NCBI GenBank assembly: GCA_951406725.2
Contig: OX597814.1
Coordinates: 28,830,001 to 28,894,000, forward strand
Length of the DNA: 64,000 nucleotides
Direction: 5' to 3'
Origin: Octopus vulgaris
Taxonomy: Eukaryota
Position 1 is the first letter of the stretch, and every line of letters begins with the position of its first letter. The notes beneath the pieces are model-generated. The model saw only the letters and a program-made list of their open reading frames with translations, ran no database searches and was not told where the DNA came from. A program made the translations under genes and the position numbers. This document shows positions 1-14,700 of the stretch, one piece after another.

Positions 1-437
1 AACACCCAACAACAACATTGGGTGTATAACGTAAAACCCTTGTTCTAATCTCAGTCAGAAAGATTACAAATAATAGCTTTAGTGTGTGAAGTTTAGCTGA
101 ACGACTAACCTTCGAAGGAAAAGAAAATGGAAGTCTGTCGTGGGAGTTACGTCAGAACGTCGTAATACCGTCTATTGTCAGAAATAATTAATGGAAACAC
201 GTTGCCTTACTAAATATTTCCCCATTTCTCGTTCATAAATTTAGAAATTTAAGGATCACATTCGATTTTCAAGAGAATAATAATGACAATTACTCCAATT
301 TTGTTTTATCAAAGGCTTTTAAGTGTCAGTCGTCATTTTCGAATGAGTATAGTTTGGAAACATGTATCATACTTTCGCTATTTGCTTTAAGTGCTAATGT
401 AAACGCGAGCAAATATGGACATGCTCTAGACTCTCTC

Positions 438-750
438 TTTACGTTCCGAGTTCAAATTCCGCCGAGGTTGACTTTGCCTTTCATCCTTTCGGAGTCGATA
501 AATTAGGTACCAGTTACGCACTGTCCTTGTTTGTCTCCTCTGTGTGTAGCCCCTTGTGGGTAGTAAAGAAATAGGTATTTCGTATGTCTTTACGTTCTGA
601 GTTCAAATTCCGCCGAGGTCGACTTTGCTTTTCATCCTTTCGGGGTCGATAAATTAAGTACCAGTTGCGTACTTATGTCGATCTAATCAACTGCCCCTCC
701 CTCCCTCCCTCAAAATTTCGGGCCTTGTGCCTAGAGTAGAAAAGAATATA
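438..750 (+). mobile_element. SINE family A, two tandem partial units
   Basis: B-box-like GAGTTCAAATTCC and the shared body gccgaggtcgactttgcctttcatcctttcggggtcgataaa. Confidence 0.8.
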
Positions 751-1765
751 GGGGAAATCCAGAGTCTGGGGTAACTGGAAATGGCTTGCATCGGTAACAA
801 TTAATCAATTGCAAAATTTGTACAGGAGTTCGATAGGTTCAACTTCACTCCTCATGGCAATTGAATTTATCGAACTACTAATTTTAATATATTTTTATGA
901 AAGAAATCTCACGTATATTGCTTGTGGCGTTTTAAGATTTCCCGTAAAATATATAAATGAATAATATAAAATAAATATTTAATCAGTTCTCCCTAATGTA
1001 CAGCAATTCCGATATAATTTTCATGTCGTGGTACCATATGGTTAACTAAAATTAAATCCTTATTAGAACGTGTCTTGGAGAATGTACAATTTTGTCTGTC
1101 AATAAGTGAGAATGATGTAGAATTATGTGTAAATTGTTTTTAATTTGTGTCAGACAAGAAAATTATTTTGATTACTCATATTTATCTTAAGACATTGCTT
1201 TTTCAACTCTTCTTAAGTTCTATTTCAGGATATTATTAAATAAAGGTTGCAATAAATTGACGTTGTTATAAGGATTTAAATTTTAAGCTTAGATTAAAAT
1301 AAGACATATATTAGTTTTGTCTTTGAAATTTAATGTTCAAAACACAAATACATACACACACACAAACGGACCAAAATACACATATTTTAATGAGCTGGAA
1401 TCATTTAACTACATTTTGATTTCTTTCTATTATTAGCATATGTCTGCACATTTTGAAAGGGAGAGATTGTAATTAACAGAATCACTCACAATTCTTGATT
1501 GGTACTTATTCTATCGACGCTGAAAGACGGTCCCGTCAGAAGTTGAACTCAGAACATTTCCGTCGGTATGCTAATGGTTTTACCATTGTGCTACTTTCTT
1601 TTAAATATCAAATTATATTCCTTTATTGGAGAAAGCGTAGTTCTTATAGATGAGGTTCTAATTGATAATTATCTTAACAAGACTGATTGATTGAAAAAAA
1701 AAAAACCTTCAGTATGATTCGAACTAAGATCAATACGAATCACATGGCTACTTCTGCCATCAGAA

Positions 1766-1807
<42 letters not shown>

Positions 1808-1838
1808 TTATATTATATATACATATACATATATATAC

Positions 1839-1894
<56 letters not shown>

Positions 1895-2029
1895 TCTCAC
1901 ACACACATATATGTGTATGTGTATGTGTGTGAAATAAATGCATGCTTAAATCTAGGTATACAAATCGGAAATTAAAAATTGGTGTTTGAGGTTAAACTCG
2001 AAGTAAATATAGCTATAAATAATCCTATC

Positions 2030-2152
2030 TACTGGAAGCACAAGGCCTCAAATTTGGGGGAAGGGATTAAGTCAATTACATCGACCCCAGTGCGTAACTG
2101 GTACATAATTTATCGACTCTGATGGGATGAAAGGCAAAGTCGACCCCGGCGG
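2030..2152 (-). mobile_element. SINE family A fragment
   Basis: Similarity to other copies in the window. Confidence 0.65.
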
Positions 2153-2272
2153 CACTTGAAATACAGCTATAAATAATAGTTTGGAAATATTGTATATCTA
2201 GATTTATGCATGCATTTATTTCACACACAATTATAATTACAAACGTAAACACACACACGCGCACACACGAAC

Positions 2273-2339
<67 letters not shown>

Positions 2340-2347
2340 TATACATA

Positions 2348-2515
2348 CACGACGGGTTTCTAGTTTCCGTCTACCAAATCCACTCACAAGGCTTTGGTCG
2401 GCCCAATGCTATAGTAGAAGAGATTTGCACAAGGTGCCACGCAGTGGGACTGAACACGGAACCATGTGGTTTGTGGTTGGTAAGCAAGCTATTTATCACA
2501 CAGCCACTCCTGACC
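2348..2515 (-). mobile_element. SINE family C, 5' half
   Basis: Matches the family head. Confidence 0.75.
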
Positions 2516-2679
2516 CTATGTATTTAATATATATACATACACACACACACACGCACACACATACACACACGCACACACAATAAACATACATATATATGTG
2601 TATATATGTATGTATGTGTCATGCCTAATAGTGTTTATCTGCGTCACTACATGCATACATATCCATATGTGTGTGTGTA

Positions 2680-2716
<37 letters not shown>

Positions 2717-2771
2717 GTGCGCGTGTGTGTATGCACGTATTATGTATGTGTCTGTGCATACAATTATATCT

Positions 2772-3003
2772 GTTTCTTTATTGCCCACAAGGGGCTAAAC
2801 ATAGAGGGGACAAACAAGAACACACAAACGGATTAAGTCGATTACATCGACCCCAGTGCGTAACTGGTACTTAATTTATCGACCCCGAAAGGATGAAAGG
2901 CAAAGTCGACCTCGGCGGAAGTTAAACTCAGAACGCAACGACAGACTCAATACCGCTAAGCATTTCGCCCGGTGTGCTAACGTTTCTGCCAGCTCGCCGC
3001 CTT
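2772..3003 (-). mobile_element. SINE family A, full length
   Basis: GGCGGCGAGCTGGCAGAA head (A-box-like), B-box-like motif, family tail. Confidence 0.85.
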
Positions 3004-3462
3004 AATTATAATTGTGTGTGAAATAAATGCACGCATACAATTATATCTGTGTGTAGCACTGTAAATTAGTGCACTGAGTTACCGCCCTTTACATGAAACG
3101 GTGAGAGGACCTCATCAAGAAAACTATTATGTATCACGTGATATCACTCTGCCTCAGCTAAAATCCCTTTCGTGGTATCACGTTCGGTGGTATCACGTAA
3201 ATAATTCATGACACAGTTAGACCGAAAGATAAATCTCAGGTAGTAAGTATTATGATAACAATGGTTGGTTGGTTGGTTGGAGAAGTATACATAACGATTA
3301 TGGGGGCAGCAGTTTTATGATTTTATGATTGAGTTAAGATGTATAGGATTAAGGTGGCACTTTCTTTTATATTGTATTTTTATATATGAGAGAAGACATT
3401 AGTAGACCATACGTTAAGCTTATATACATACACACACAAATATATATATATATCTATATATC

Positions 3463-3558
<96 letters not shown>

Positions 3559-4365
3559 GTATATATATGTATATAAGCTTAACTTACATATATATGTTTG
3601 TGCGTATGTATTTACGTATGTATGTAATAAAAAGGAAATTATATTATATCGGGTGGAAGCTAAGTTGCTTATATTCATATGCATCTAACAAAGAGATTTT
3701 ACTTACTGGGTCAGCACAATGCAAAGAGGTTATTGTAAACATTTCCCATCAAATCAAAGATTGACTTCGATGGTGAAAGTAAAGAAAGAAGAGTAGGTAT
3801 TCAACAAAATGGCGATATTATTAAATTTTAAAATAGAATTGCTATTTTACGACCGAACTGGTTGTCATACCGGAACTTACACAATCATTACGTAATTCCT
3901 TTGACAAGATTCCTTTCTTGCTTCGTTTTTAACAGCTTTTTGGGTGAGAGAACATCAACACCTTTTATTGTTGTATGCGTTGTGCTTCTATGAATATGTA
4001 TATATTTACACGCTCATAAATATATATATATATATACAATAAAATACACGCACGCACATACACGTGCTTATACACACACATACACACATACACATATATA
4101 TTTTATGTCTGTGTATGTGTTGATAGTATAGTAAGTACCAAAATTTGAAGGAACACCACCCTAAAAAGACGTCCGGTTCGTTATATATGACATGTTTACA
4201 CATGTAAACAACTCAGAAACGCACGCATACACACGCATCGACACAGGCACGCACACATACATTTACATTTACACACACACACACAAGCACACACACACGC
4301 GTGCACACACACACGCGTGCACACACACACGCGTGCACACACACACGCGTGCACACACACACGCG

Positions 4366-4369
<4 letters not shown>

Positions 4370-4396
<27 letters not shown>

Positions 4397-4679
4397 TATC
4401 AATATTTTTTGGGAATTTATTCTCTAGTTTTTCTCAAATTTTTCCAAAGTTTCCACTTAATTTTCTCTCGTTCTCTTCTCTTCCTAAACTCGTGGGTTCA
4501 TTTTTCGCGTTTTATCCTCCTTTCTCTTTTTTCTCCTTTTCTCTTATAAGTTTTGTGTAAGTCTCTGTCACATTCCTCTCGCCATTCCACGTGCCTCACT
4601 TAATTTCCTCTATAACAGAACTATTTGTTTGTACCAATAGAGTATTGCACTCTCACAACACACACACACGCACACACAC

Positions 4680-4721
<42 letters not shown>

Positions 4722-5010
4722 GTGCCACACACACACACACACACACACACACATTATCAATATTTTTTGGGAATTTATTCTCTAGTTTTTCTCAAATTTT
4801 TCCAAAGTTTCCACTTAATTTTCTCTCGTTCTCTTCTCTTCCTAAACTCGTGGGTTCATTTTTCGCGTTTTATCCTCCTTTCTCTTTTTCTCCTTTTCTC
4901 TTATAAGTTTTGTGTAAGTCTCTGTCACATTCCTCTCGCCATTCCACGTGCCTCACTTAATTTCCTCTATAACAGAACTATTTGTTTGTACCAATAGAGT
5001 ATTGCACTCT
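4370..5010 (+). repeat. Tandem duplication (~360-bp period, including a CA tract)
   Basis: 4395-4653 is repeated at 4753-5010. Confidence 0.85.
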
Positions 5011-5178
5011 CTCCTCTCTTGCTCATAATCTATTCCACTGCGTCTCAGCCCTATATCCTTACAGACACTTTTATCAGCCAACCCCACATTACTCTCGTCT
5101 TCACATTTGCATCCGTTTTACTTCAAATTTGCAACACTTCTCACCTTACTTCCAAATTTCCTTACACTCAAAGATTAT

Positions 5179-5262
<84 letters not shown>

Positions 5263-5326
5263 TGTCTATCTAAAAAAAAACACGGATATACTTCAATATA
5301 CTTCAATATACTTCAATACACAGAAT

Positions 5327-5457
5327 TCGAATTCCGCCGAGGTCGACTTTGCCTTTCATCCTTTCGGGGTCGATAAATAAAGTACCAGTTTCGCACTGGG
5401 ATCGATGTAATCGACTTAATCCCTTTGTCTGTCCTTGTTTGTCCCCTCTATGTTTAA
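5327..5457 (+). mobile_element. SINE family A fragment
   Basis: Matches the family body. Confidence 0.75.
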
Positions 5458-6339
5458 ATCTCCATCTGGCCCCTAATCCTTCGTCCGTTGCTTTTTCTCT
5501 TTTCAACTAATTTTCCTCTTTCACACGTCTTTAATTTACTTCTTTACTTTTCTTCTGATGAAAGTCAAGCGTCCAAAATGCTATGACTCTTTTCTCGTCA
5601 AGTTAAATAATATATTTGATAAATTTAATTTAACGACCTTTTACTTATATTAGTTCAATACTTGATTCAGTACAGCCGTTGCTCTGCGTTTCTTGCTTTT
5701 ATATGTTCCTTTAAAATCTAAATGGACGAACTGGTTTAGGCTCTTCCACCTAATCCGTAACCGACATGGGGCCGACAGGAAACACTCTGAAAAAGTATGT
5801 GCACCAATGCAATAGTTTTTTTTTTCACGCCACTATCTCCTAAAACTTGACATCGCTAGCCAGTCACATCTGGCAATCTAACGATAGTGAAGTAAATGCA
5901 ATCCTCACAGGGGAAATTATAAGCAAAGTATTTGCGCTTAAGAACGGATCTAAACCCCACAAATTGTGCATCGCAGTAAAGCTCTACATCATCTCCCATC
6001 CCTCCTGAATCCTAAATAAACACTCGATGTTATCTCAATTTACCAATTTTAGCCGATAAACTCCTTAAAAGAGCTTGGTAGCTGTTAAAAGAGCTTGGTA
6101 GCTTTGACTACTTTTCTCGTCAAGTTAAATAAATAGTAAAATTAAATAATTTAACGACCATTTAACTATATTAGACTACTTGATGAGTGTGGTTGACTGT
6201 GAATTCAATTGCTCGAAGTCTTCGGGCATGAAGTAATCCTGTTTATTCATATAGAATTTATGTGTGTGTGTATGTGTGCGTGTGTGTTTATATATATTTG
6301 TGTGCGTATGTGTATGTATATATAAATATATACATGTAT

Positions 6340-6413
<74 letters not shown>

Positions 6414-7071
6414 CAACCTAGCTAGCTGTATGTACATGTACGTATGGATATGTATATATACACCGAAGTATATGTGAATAAAGTGTTCGGAAATATGTCG
6501 AAGATATTTTTCGTGTAAAACCATTTGGCATAATATTCGAGAAAAATTAATTTATTCATGTCTAGTGCAAATAATGAAATTAAATGAAATGATAGTTAAA
6601 ACGAAACGAGCATAGAAAATAAAACTGTCTTACGTATTTAGGTAAATACATGCATACATTAAACATATCTCTACGGGCACGAGCTTGTGTTTTTACATAT
6701 TCGGAAATTCAGCTGGCCGAAGAAGAATTAGAGAGACTGTTTAGAGTGGAGGAGGAAAAGAGAGAACTAAAAGTCGAAATAAAGGAAAGAAAATTAAAGG
6801 AGACGGTGTATGGTATTACGTAATCTACCCGAAGAATATTGAAACAGAGAAGAAAATACTCAAGTTCAACCAAATAGTAAGAGTAAAGGTACCAACATAT
6901 GCAGAGGACATGAAGGCGATAGTAATTGAAGAGGAAAGTTATAAGAGACTGCAAGAAATGTGTGGAGATAATATTGACCCATCAGGAGTAAGGGTGGAAT
7001 TCAAAGAATTGCCACCTTTAGTGGATTTAGTAGAAATCGAACCACCGTTATGCCTGGTTGTAATATGCAGT

Positions 7072-7459
7072 GTGGAGGCGCAATGGCCCAGTGGTTAGGG
7101 CAGCGGACTCGCGGTCGTAGGATCGCGGTTTCGATTCCCAGACCGGGCGTTGTGAGTGTTTATTGAGCGAAAACACCTAAAGCTCCACGAGGCTCTGGCA
7201 GGGGATGGTGGTGATCCCTGCTGTACTCTTTCACCACAACTTTCTCTCACTCTTACTTTCTGTTTCTGTTGTACCTGTATTTCAAAGGGCCTGCTTTGTC
7301 ACTCTATGTGTCACGCTGAATATCCCCGAGAACTACGTTAAGGGTACACGTGTCTGTGGAGTGCTCATCCACTTACACGTTAATTTCACGAGCAGGCTGT
7401 TCCGTTGACTCGGATCAACCGGAACCCTCGTCGTCGTAACCGACGGAGTGCTTCCATCC
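7072..7459 (+). mobile_element. tRNA-derived SINE family B, with TSD
   Basis: A box TGGCCCAGTGG, B box GGTTTCGATTCC, TSD AATATGCAGT. Confidence 0.9.
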
Positions 7460-7594
7460 AATATGCAGTATCATCGATCATAACAAATAACGCTATTTGA
7501 GTCCGCTAGATATGTACCTATGATTACACATAATGCCCTAGTTAAAAATTAAGGATGCTCTTAAAAGTGTAAATAAGTAAATATTCCGAACATC

Positions 7595-7912
7595 TCTTAT
7601 GTAATCTCCAGCAACTCTATTTGACTTTCCATTGTCTCTGTTTTTAATTTGTTTACTCTCCAATCTTATTTTTTAATTGCTTAATAATAAATACATCCCA
7701 GAAACAGCTGTAAGACTAGCTTATTCTTTATAGACTCTATTTGACTTTCCATTGTCTCTGTTTTTAATTTGTTTACTCTCCAATCTTATTTTTTTTAATT
7801 GCTTAATAATACACATATCCCAGAAACAGCTGTAAGACTAGCTTATTCTTTATAAATGTCCGGAAAATTTTACACAACCTTGGCTTTGTTGTCTCATTTT
7901 TTTAAACATATA
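7595..7912 (+). repeat. Local ~120-bp tandem duplication, with a further copy at 9722-9925
   Basis: Direct sequence identity. Confidence 0.8.
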
Positions 7913-8598
7913 CGGTATAAATCTGGGTTACGTAAATAGGTATACTAAATAAATGATGTGTTGTTATGTGTGGCCAGGGTTTATTACTCGTTAATATAAT
8001 TAAAACAAATCAACTCGGTTAGAATAGGATAAATCATTCGTTTAATCGTATAATATATTAATGGCAGCACTAGCAATTAGTATGTTAGTCAGTGATCTAA
8101 CTTTAATGTGAATATATTAAAGAGAATTATAACTCCAGGTGTGCATCGTGTATCAAAGATAAATAGTTCAGTTAGTCGAAGTAAATTGAATATAATTGTG
8201 GTTTATGATATTATGCCCTACCACGTGGTGAGGGGGCGCGGGTCAAAGGGAGGTAATCAGAGGTTAGACCAGTCAGTTAATTAACATTAATGTAAGGTAG
8301 GTATTAGCGGTATTTAAAGAATAAGAATTTACCTTTATGTAAGCATGCTTGTTTTTCTCGTCTCGTTTATTAAGCAATTCTGACTTGGCCAGTAAAATGA
8401 AGAATTTCTCATTTATGCATAAATTGCATTGTTTATTTCTAAGGTTGTATGAAAGTGTTTTGGTTAGTTTGAAAGTGTTTTTGTAGAGTTAGCCTTATTT
8501 CTATTCCCGAAGCTTGAAAGATGAGAATTATATGTAAGTTCTATTTCATACATACATACGTATGAAGAAAGAAGAATGTATGTATGTATGTATGTATG

Positions 8599-8632
<34 letters not shown>

Positions 8633-8678
8633 TGTATGTATATATGTATGCATGTATGTATGTATGTATGTATGTATG

Positions 8679-8711
<33 letters not shown>

Positions 8712-8726
8712 GTGTGTGTGTGTGTA

Positions 8727-8787
<61 letters not shown>

Positions 8788-8889
8788 GTGTATGTGTGTA
8801 TGTATGTATGTGTGTATGTATGAATGTATAAAAGATAGCTAAAAGTTAAATATAGAAAGGAGTAGAATAAATATGATATATCAGCAGCT

Positions 8890-9570
8890 GGGGTATTGGA
8901 ATTAAAGTGTCATTGCGGAAAGATCTGCAAGAATGAGAACGGGCTCAAGATACACCAAGCTATGTCCGTCTGTGGAAAAAAAGGGGCATAGGTGCACCGT
9001 TCAGTGGTAACACCTGGTGAGACCAGGAGAAATCCAGGCAGGAGGCACCCCACAGGACTGGAAGTCTCTCAGTACCTGTGTCACCTGAAGTCCCCAGGAG
9101 GGACAACCCACCCAATACCACACCAGGGCGCCATTCCCAGCCAGCAAAAGAACGAATAAAATAGCCCAAGATGGATAAAACAAAGAAATGGCAACAACTG
9201 GACCAAGACCGCGATATGATTTGGTGATAGATCGATTTGGAACAGCGGACAGACCAAGACCGCGATATGATTTGGTGATAGATCGATTTGGAACAGCGGA
9301 CAGACCGGTTACCACAGCAATCGAAAGGAAACTTAGATGAAGAGAAAGAGAGATGCACCGTCTGAGAGGAGAGATCAAGACCCTCAATAAGCAGTATAAG
9401 AGGGCCTCTACTGATGAAAGAGAAGACATCAGGGACTTGACAAGTCAGCTCTGCGAACGTCTGAGAAGGCTTAGAAAGGCAGAAAGCACCCGGAAGCAGA
9501 GGAAATAGGGAGAAATCAAACGAGTGCAATTTGTCAAAATGCCCTAAACTTTCCTGGAAGCCCTGATCTA
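8890..9570 (+). pseudogene. N-terminal fragment of a HERO/NeSL-like non-LTR retrotransposon, with a ~51-bp internal tandem duplication
   Basis: Zinc-finger-like CHCGKICKNENGLKIHQ, followed by a disrupted ORF. Confidence 0.55.
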
Positions 9571-10029
9571 TCAATCCTTATCAGTACTCCTCTGCTTGCT
9601 TCATAATGTTTGTGACATTATTTCTGTCTGACATGCAGCCACCGCTTTTTTCATACCTTCAAATTTTACCTCAAATCTAAATGCAACCTAAATCACACAC
9701 AGTACGTTAATCTGAACACCCCTTATGTAATCTCCAGCAACTCTATTTCACTTTCCATTGTCTCTGTTTTTAATTTTTTTACTTTCCAATCTTATTTTTT
9801 AATTGCTTTTAATTGCTAATAATACACATATCCTAGAAACAGCTGTAAGACTAGCTTATTCTTTATAAATGTCCTGAAAATTTCACACAACCTTGGCTTT
9901 GTTGTCTCATTTTTTTAAACATATACATGCTCACACAGGAGCCGCATTAGACTCACCACTCGTATTATTGTATTATTATCAAACCGAGAGTTCAACTACG
10001 GTCCTTCCGATAGCACTTACATAGCCTTA

Positions 10030-10078
<49 letters not shown>

Positions 10079-10415
10079 TTGAAAAAAAAATAGAAATGGT
10101 GTTTCTGATAATTTTTTTCATTTTAATAATTATATATGTGTGTGTGTGTGTGTGTGTGTTAGTGTGTACGTCTCTATATGTGTGTCTATATGGGTATATG
10201 TATATGTGAGTGTTTGTGTGTGTACGTTTATAATTAGACAACCCTATCTATACAGTGAATAGCAAATTCTAAGATATCAGTTTGAAAGCTGCTCTTCAGT
10301 GAGAAACTCTTAGAAAGAGTCACCTTTTCTAAATACCTAATAACTTATAAACTTCTAAAAGTGGAAAAATGACCAGAAAGCCATTTCTACTCATTTCTTC
10401 AATTATTTAATGCTA

Positions 10416-10865
10416 TACCTACCTACCTACCTACCTACCTACCTACCGACCTACCTACCTACCTACCTACCTACCTACCTACCTACCCACCTACCTGCCT
10501 ACATGCCTACCTACCTACCTACCTACCTACCTACCTACCTACCTACCTACCTATCTACCTACCTACCTACCTACCTACATGCATACATACCTACCTTCCA
10601 TCTTACCTACCTACCTACCTACCTACCTACCTACCTGCCTGCCTACCTACCTACCTACCTACCTACCTACCAACTTACCTACCTGCCTGCCTGCCTACCT
10701 ACCTACCTACCTACCTACCTACATGCATACATACATACATACGTACCTTCCATCTTACCTACCTACCTTCATACAAACATACATACATACATACATACAT
10801 ACATACATACATACATACATACATACATACATACATACATACATACATAAATACATACATACATA
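10416..10865. repeat. (CCTA)n grading into (CATA)n
   Basis: Directly visible. Confidence 0.95.
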
Positions 10866-11410
10866 GAAGTCATAGCCACACATAATAAAAACGAGTACTG
10901 GTGGGATGTCCCAGTAAAAACCTCAATAAAATGTAAGCCCAATATCCCTGATATAATGATTTGGGATAGAGAAGAGAAACTGTGTACAGTTGTGGAAATC
11001 AGCTGCCCAGCAGATGTTAACAAAGCTGAAGATCAGGGAAAAAGAAAAAGTATCTACGCTGAACTATTGAGAAATTTGCAGTTATTCTATCCAGATTACA
11101 AGTTCAGATTTATACCTGTAATTATTTGGGCGCTGGGATAGGTAACACACTGCCTAAATCTTGAGAAATTGAGCTCCTCAAAACCAGAAAGGAAAAAGCT
11201 GGAATTGCAAAAAGTTGTAAAACTTTCCAGAAATTCATCATTTAAATATATGTGCATGTCTAGATATGCATGAAAAAGACATACTTAAAACAAATCATAC
11301 AAATCTACACGTATACATACATATCCTGTTGATGTTGAAATTTCAGCCTTGGACCTTGAAACCGGCTCTTTCTCCATTGGCAAGAAATCTTGACATAAAA
11401 CTGAATAAAG
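10862..11410 (+). pseudogene. 3' fragment of an REL-endonuclease LINE (R4/Dong-like) within (TACA)n
   Basis: PDIMIWDREEKLCTVVEISCPAD...IPVIIWALG. Confidence 0.75.
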
Positions 11411-11469
11411 ACATACATATATATATATGAAGATAGGTAAGTAGGTAAATGGGTAGGTAGGTATGAATG

Positions 11470-11962
11470 CATGTCTCTTCTATTTTTTAATTATTATAAA
11501 TATTCCACTGAGGAGGGAGCCACTTTCCAACAAAGATACAAGGCTCCATATTTGGAATGTAGTTAACACAGACAAATTAACATTTGGAACTTGCGAAAAG
11601 TCTTGCATATTTTTACTGTTCCACTCAGAGATTGCATTAGTAATGTACGAATTAGCTGGTCGATTTCTCTTTCTGAAAATCCCAGTTTATCCATATTCTC
11701 CTTTAAGCATTTACTAAAAAAACCAAGTGCTTCAATTATTGGTATGAATATGAATTCATAGTCTGGATATAGAAGCTGGAGGTTCCGAAGCAATTGTCCA
11801 TAAATATCCTCTTATACTTTGATTTTCGAAGAGCTATTTATATCTGCAGGGTAGTTGATCTCTATGATGGTACATACTTTTGCCCCTATGTCCCAAACAA
11901 CAATATCCGGCCTATTACATTTGACAGAAATTTTGATGGGGATATTCTACCAGTATTCCTTG
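11470..11962 (-). pseudogene. 3' fragment of a related REL-endonuclease LINE
   Basis: LRNLQLLYPDYEFIFIPIIEALG...LSGTVKICKTF, plus a 3' UTR stem-loop. Confidence 0.75.
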
Positions 11963-12133
11963 AGTATGTATGTATGTATGTATGTATGTATGTATGTATG
12001 TATGTATGTATGTATGTATGTATGTATGCATGTATGCATGTATGCATGCGTGCATGTATGTATGTATCATTTGGTCAATCATTCAGTCAGCTAGGTTTGA
12101 CAAACCTGAAGCAGACCTGGACTAGAGAAGGCA

Positions 12134-12175
12134 TATCATTGATGAGGTCGCGATGACGACGAAAGGACTTCGACA
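12134..12175 (+). ncRNA. Degenerate hammerhead motif
   Basis: TATCA-TTGATGA-G-GTCG(CGATGA)CGAC-GAA-AGGACT-T-CGACA. Confidence 0.4.
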
Positions 12176-12245
12176 AACTTAGCTGATTGATTGATTGATT
12201 GACTAAATGTTTGATTGAACCATCGAATTTGTTAAATGTTAAACA

Positions 12246-12305
<60 letters not shown>

Positions 12306-12513
12306 CTCAAGTTTTAAAACAAACATAATTTTCTTATGGTTTCTTAAACATTCACTAGTACAACACTAAGTACAAAATCAAATTTATGGCACCGTAGGCA
12401 TAACACCAGCATGAACTTCTAACGTGTTGTCTCTTGAGGTCTCTGGGTGAGACTTGGAGCCAACTTGTACAAATGTAAAGCAAAAGTCAAACATATAATA
12501 AAATAATAATGAC

Positions 12514-12577
<64 letters not shown>

Positions 12578-12814
12578 GAATTGAATTAGAGCTAGTACAT
12601 GTGTTTATCACTGGCATAACGACCCACCTGAGATACAACAAATTATATTTCTACTCAGGAGTTCTCATTACGGACCTTGCTAACGAAATGTAAAAACGGT
12701 CTATAGATGTGTGTATATGTGTGTGAACATGCACATGTATGTATAAAGAACTATACGTGTGTGTGTGTCTGTGCGCGTGCGCATGTGTATATATGCATGT
12801 ATGTATATTATGCA

Positions 12815-13029
12815 TTTTATCGTTTACATGTTTCAGTGATTAGACTGCGGCCATGCTGGGGCACCGCCTTGAAAAACTTTACTTGAACTAATCGACCTCA
12901 GGATTTATTATTATCAAGCCTGGTACTTATTGTATCGGGCTCTTTTGCGAAACCGCTAAATTACGGTGACGTAAACACACCAGCACCGGTTGTCAAGAGG
13001 TGTTGGAGAACAAAGACAAAGATATATAT

Positions 13030-13063
<34 letters not shown>

Positions 13064-13190
13064 GGGTTTCTTTCAGTTTCCATCTACTAAATCCATTCAC
13101 AAGGATTTGGTCAGCCCGAGGCTATAGTAAAAGACACTTGCTCAAGGTACCAGGCAGTGGTACTGAACTCAGAACCATGTGATTAGAAAC
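12815..13190 (-). mobile_element. SINE family C (diverged)
   Basis: Matches the family. Confidence 0.72.
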
Positions 13191-13213
13191 CCTTGAAGAC
13201 TTGTTGCAGCCTA

Positions 13214-13294
<81 letters not shown>

Positions 13295-13341
13295 GTTTGC
13301 AGAAACATACATCTTCACATATGTACACACACACACACACG

Positions 13342-13397
<56 letters not shown>

Positions 13398-14700
13398 CTG
13401 TAAAGCTAGGTAAGTTATCCAAGGGCTTTGTATTTTATGCATTCCACTCATCCAAACGTAAGATTGAAATCTTTTTAGTTTTGATGTAGCTCAAAACGCA
13501 CACACACACACACACACATACACACACACACACTTGCATACATATTGATAGACTAAGAAAGACAAAGTGAGAGAGAGAGGGAGAAAGGGAAGAGGGTGAG
13601 AGAGAGAGAGAGGAGGGAGAGAAACAACTGTAATTAAATTTTAGAGAAAATTTCTTAAATGCAATGTTGGTATGATTCGATAACACCACAACAAGTTAAC
13701 ACGCCATTGTAAAAGTAATGATTTTTGTTAACGGAGACACAAGTCCATAGATACCGGGTCGAGGGTGAATGTTCGATTAAGCCGCCATTAATACTTTGCT
13801 AATATTTATTTTATACACTCCTGCGAGATAGATACTCAGAATGTAAACAGCTGTAACTAAGCACCACGAAGAATTTTGTTCAGTGTTTTCTTTCTTTGTT
13901 TTCCTCTTTCAGTTTTTTTCTGCTTCTTTTGTTCGCTTTTATGTTTTTTCACTTTCAGCATTCATCAATAACAGAGTTCAATGTCCGACAATGAGCTGAA
14001 GTACAAAAATAATGTAGCTTATCAGATACTTGTGGTGGTCTAAGTTGCAGGAACGGTTGTGTTTTATAAGGTTCGTGACTTAACGATTTTATAAAAATAT
14101 GAGTTATTTCCTGCATGAGGCATATCATATTCAATGCATGTTATTATACATCCTGTGTGAGATATATAATACAATGAATAATATATCACCTCCCTCATCG
14201 AATATAATTACATTCTTTTAGGATATATCTTTAAGAATATTTTTCATCTATAAATGCATCTCCTACATCATCAATTTCACTACTACACACACACGCGCGT
14301 AGTCGATTTGCTCGACTGAAGGCGGTGCTCCAGCATGGCCGCAGTCAAATGAATGAAACAAGTAAAAAGAGTTACAATGTTTCCCTCTTTCAGTTTTTTC
14401 TCTCCCCTCAGCGACGACCAGTACACTTTCTGTTCAGCCAGGTATATCAGAGGTCTCAAATGAAAGTAATATTTTTGCCGCTGTCAGGAATAAAGATTTC
14501 GACTCGCTCTTTTCTATTCAGAGCTTACAGTTGCCTTCTTCTATAATTTTGTGGTCTTTAGCCCCACAAAACAATTCAGTGAAACGACGGTAAACTATGG
14601 TATAGTAGGGTACGGATTCACTGGTTGATAAGTGATTTGATGACTATCCATAGCATAACAAGAAAATTCTTGATACGATTAGACATCTACATTCAATAAA

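Noticed and set aside
7072-7145. tRNA gene
   Set aside because: It is the tRNA-derived head of a multi-copy SINE with TSDs.
8960-9574. 204-aa minus-strand ORF
   Set aside because: Antisense to a retrotransposon N-terminal remnant on the plus strand.
11482-11548. CTGAGGA-GGAGCC...GGCTCC hammerhead-like motif
   Set aside because: Lacks GAAA; it is the antisense of a LINE 3' UTR stem-loop.
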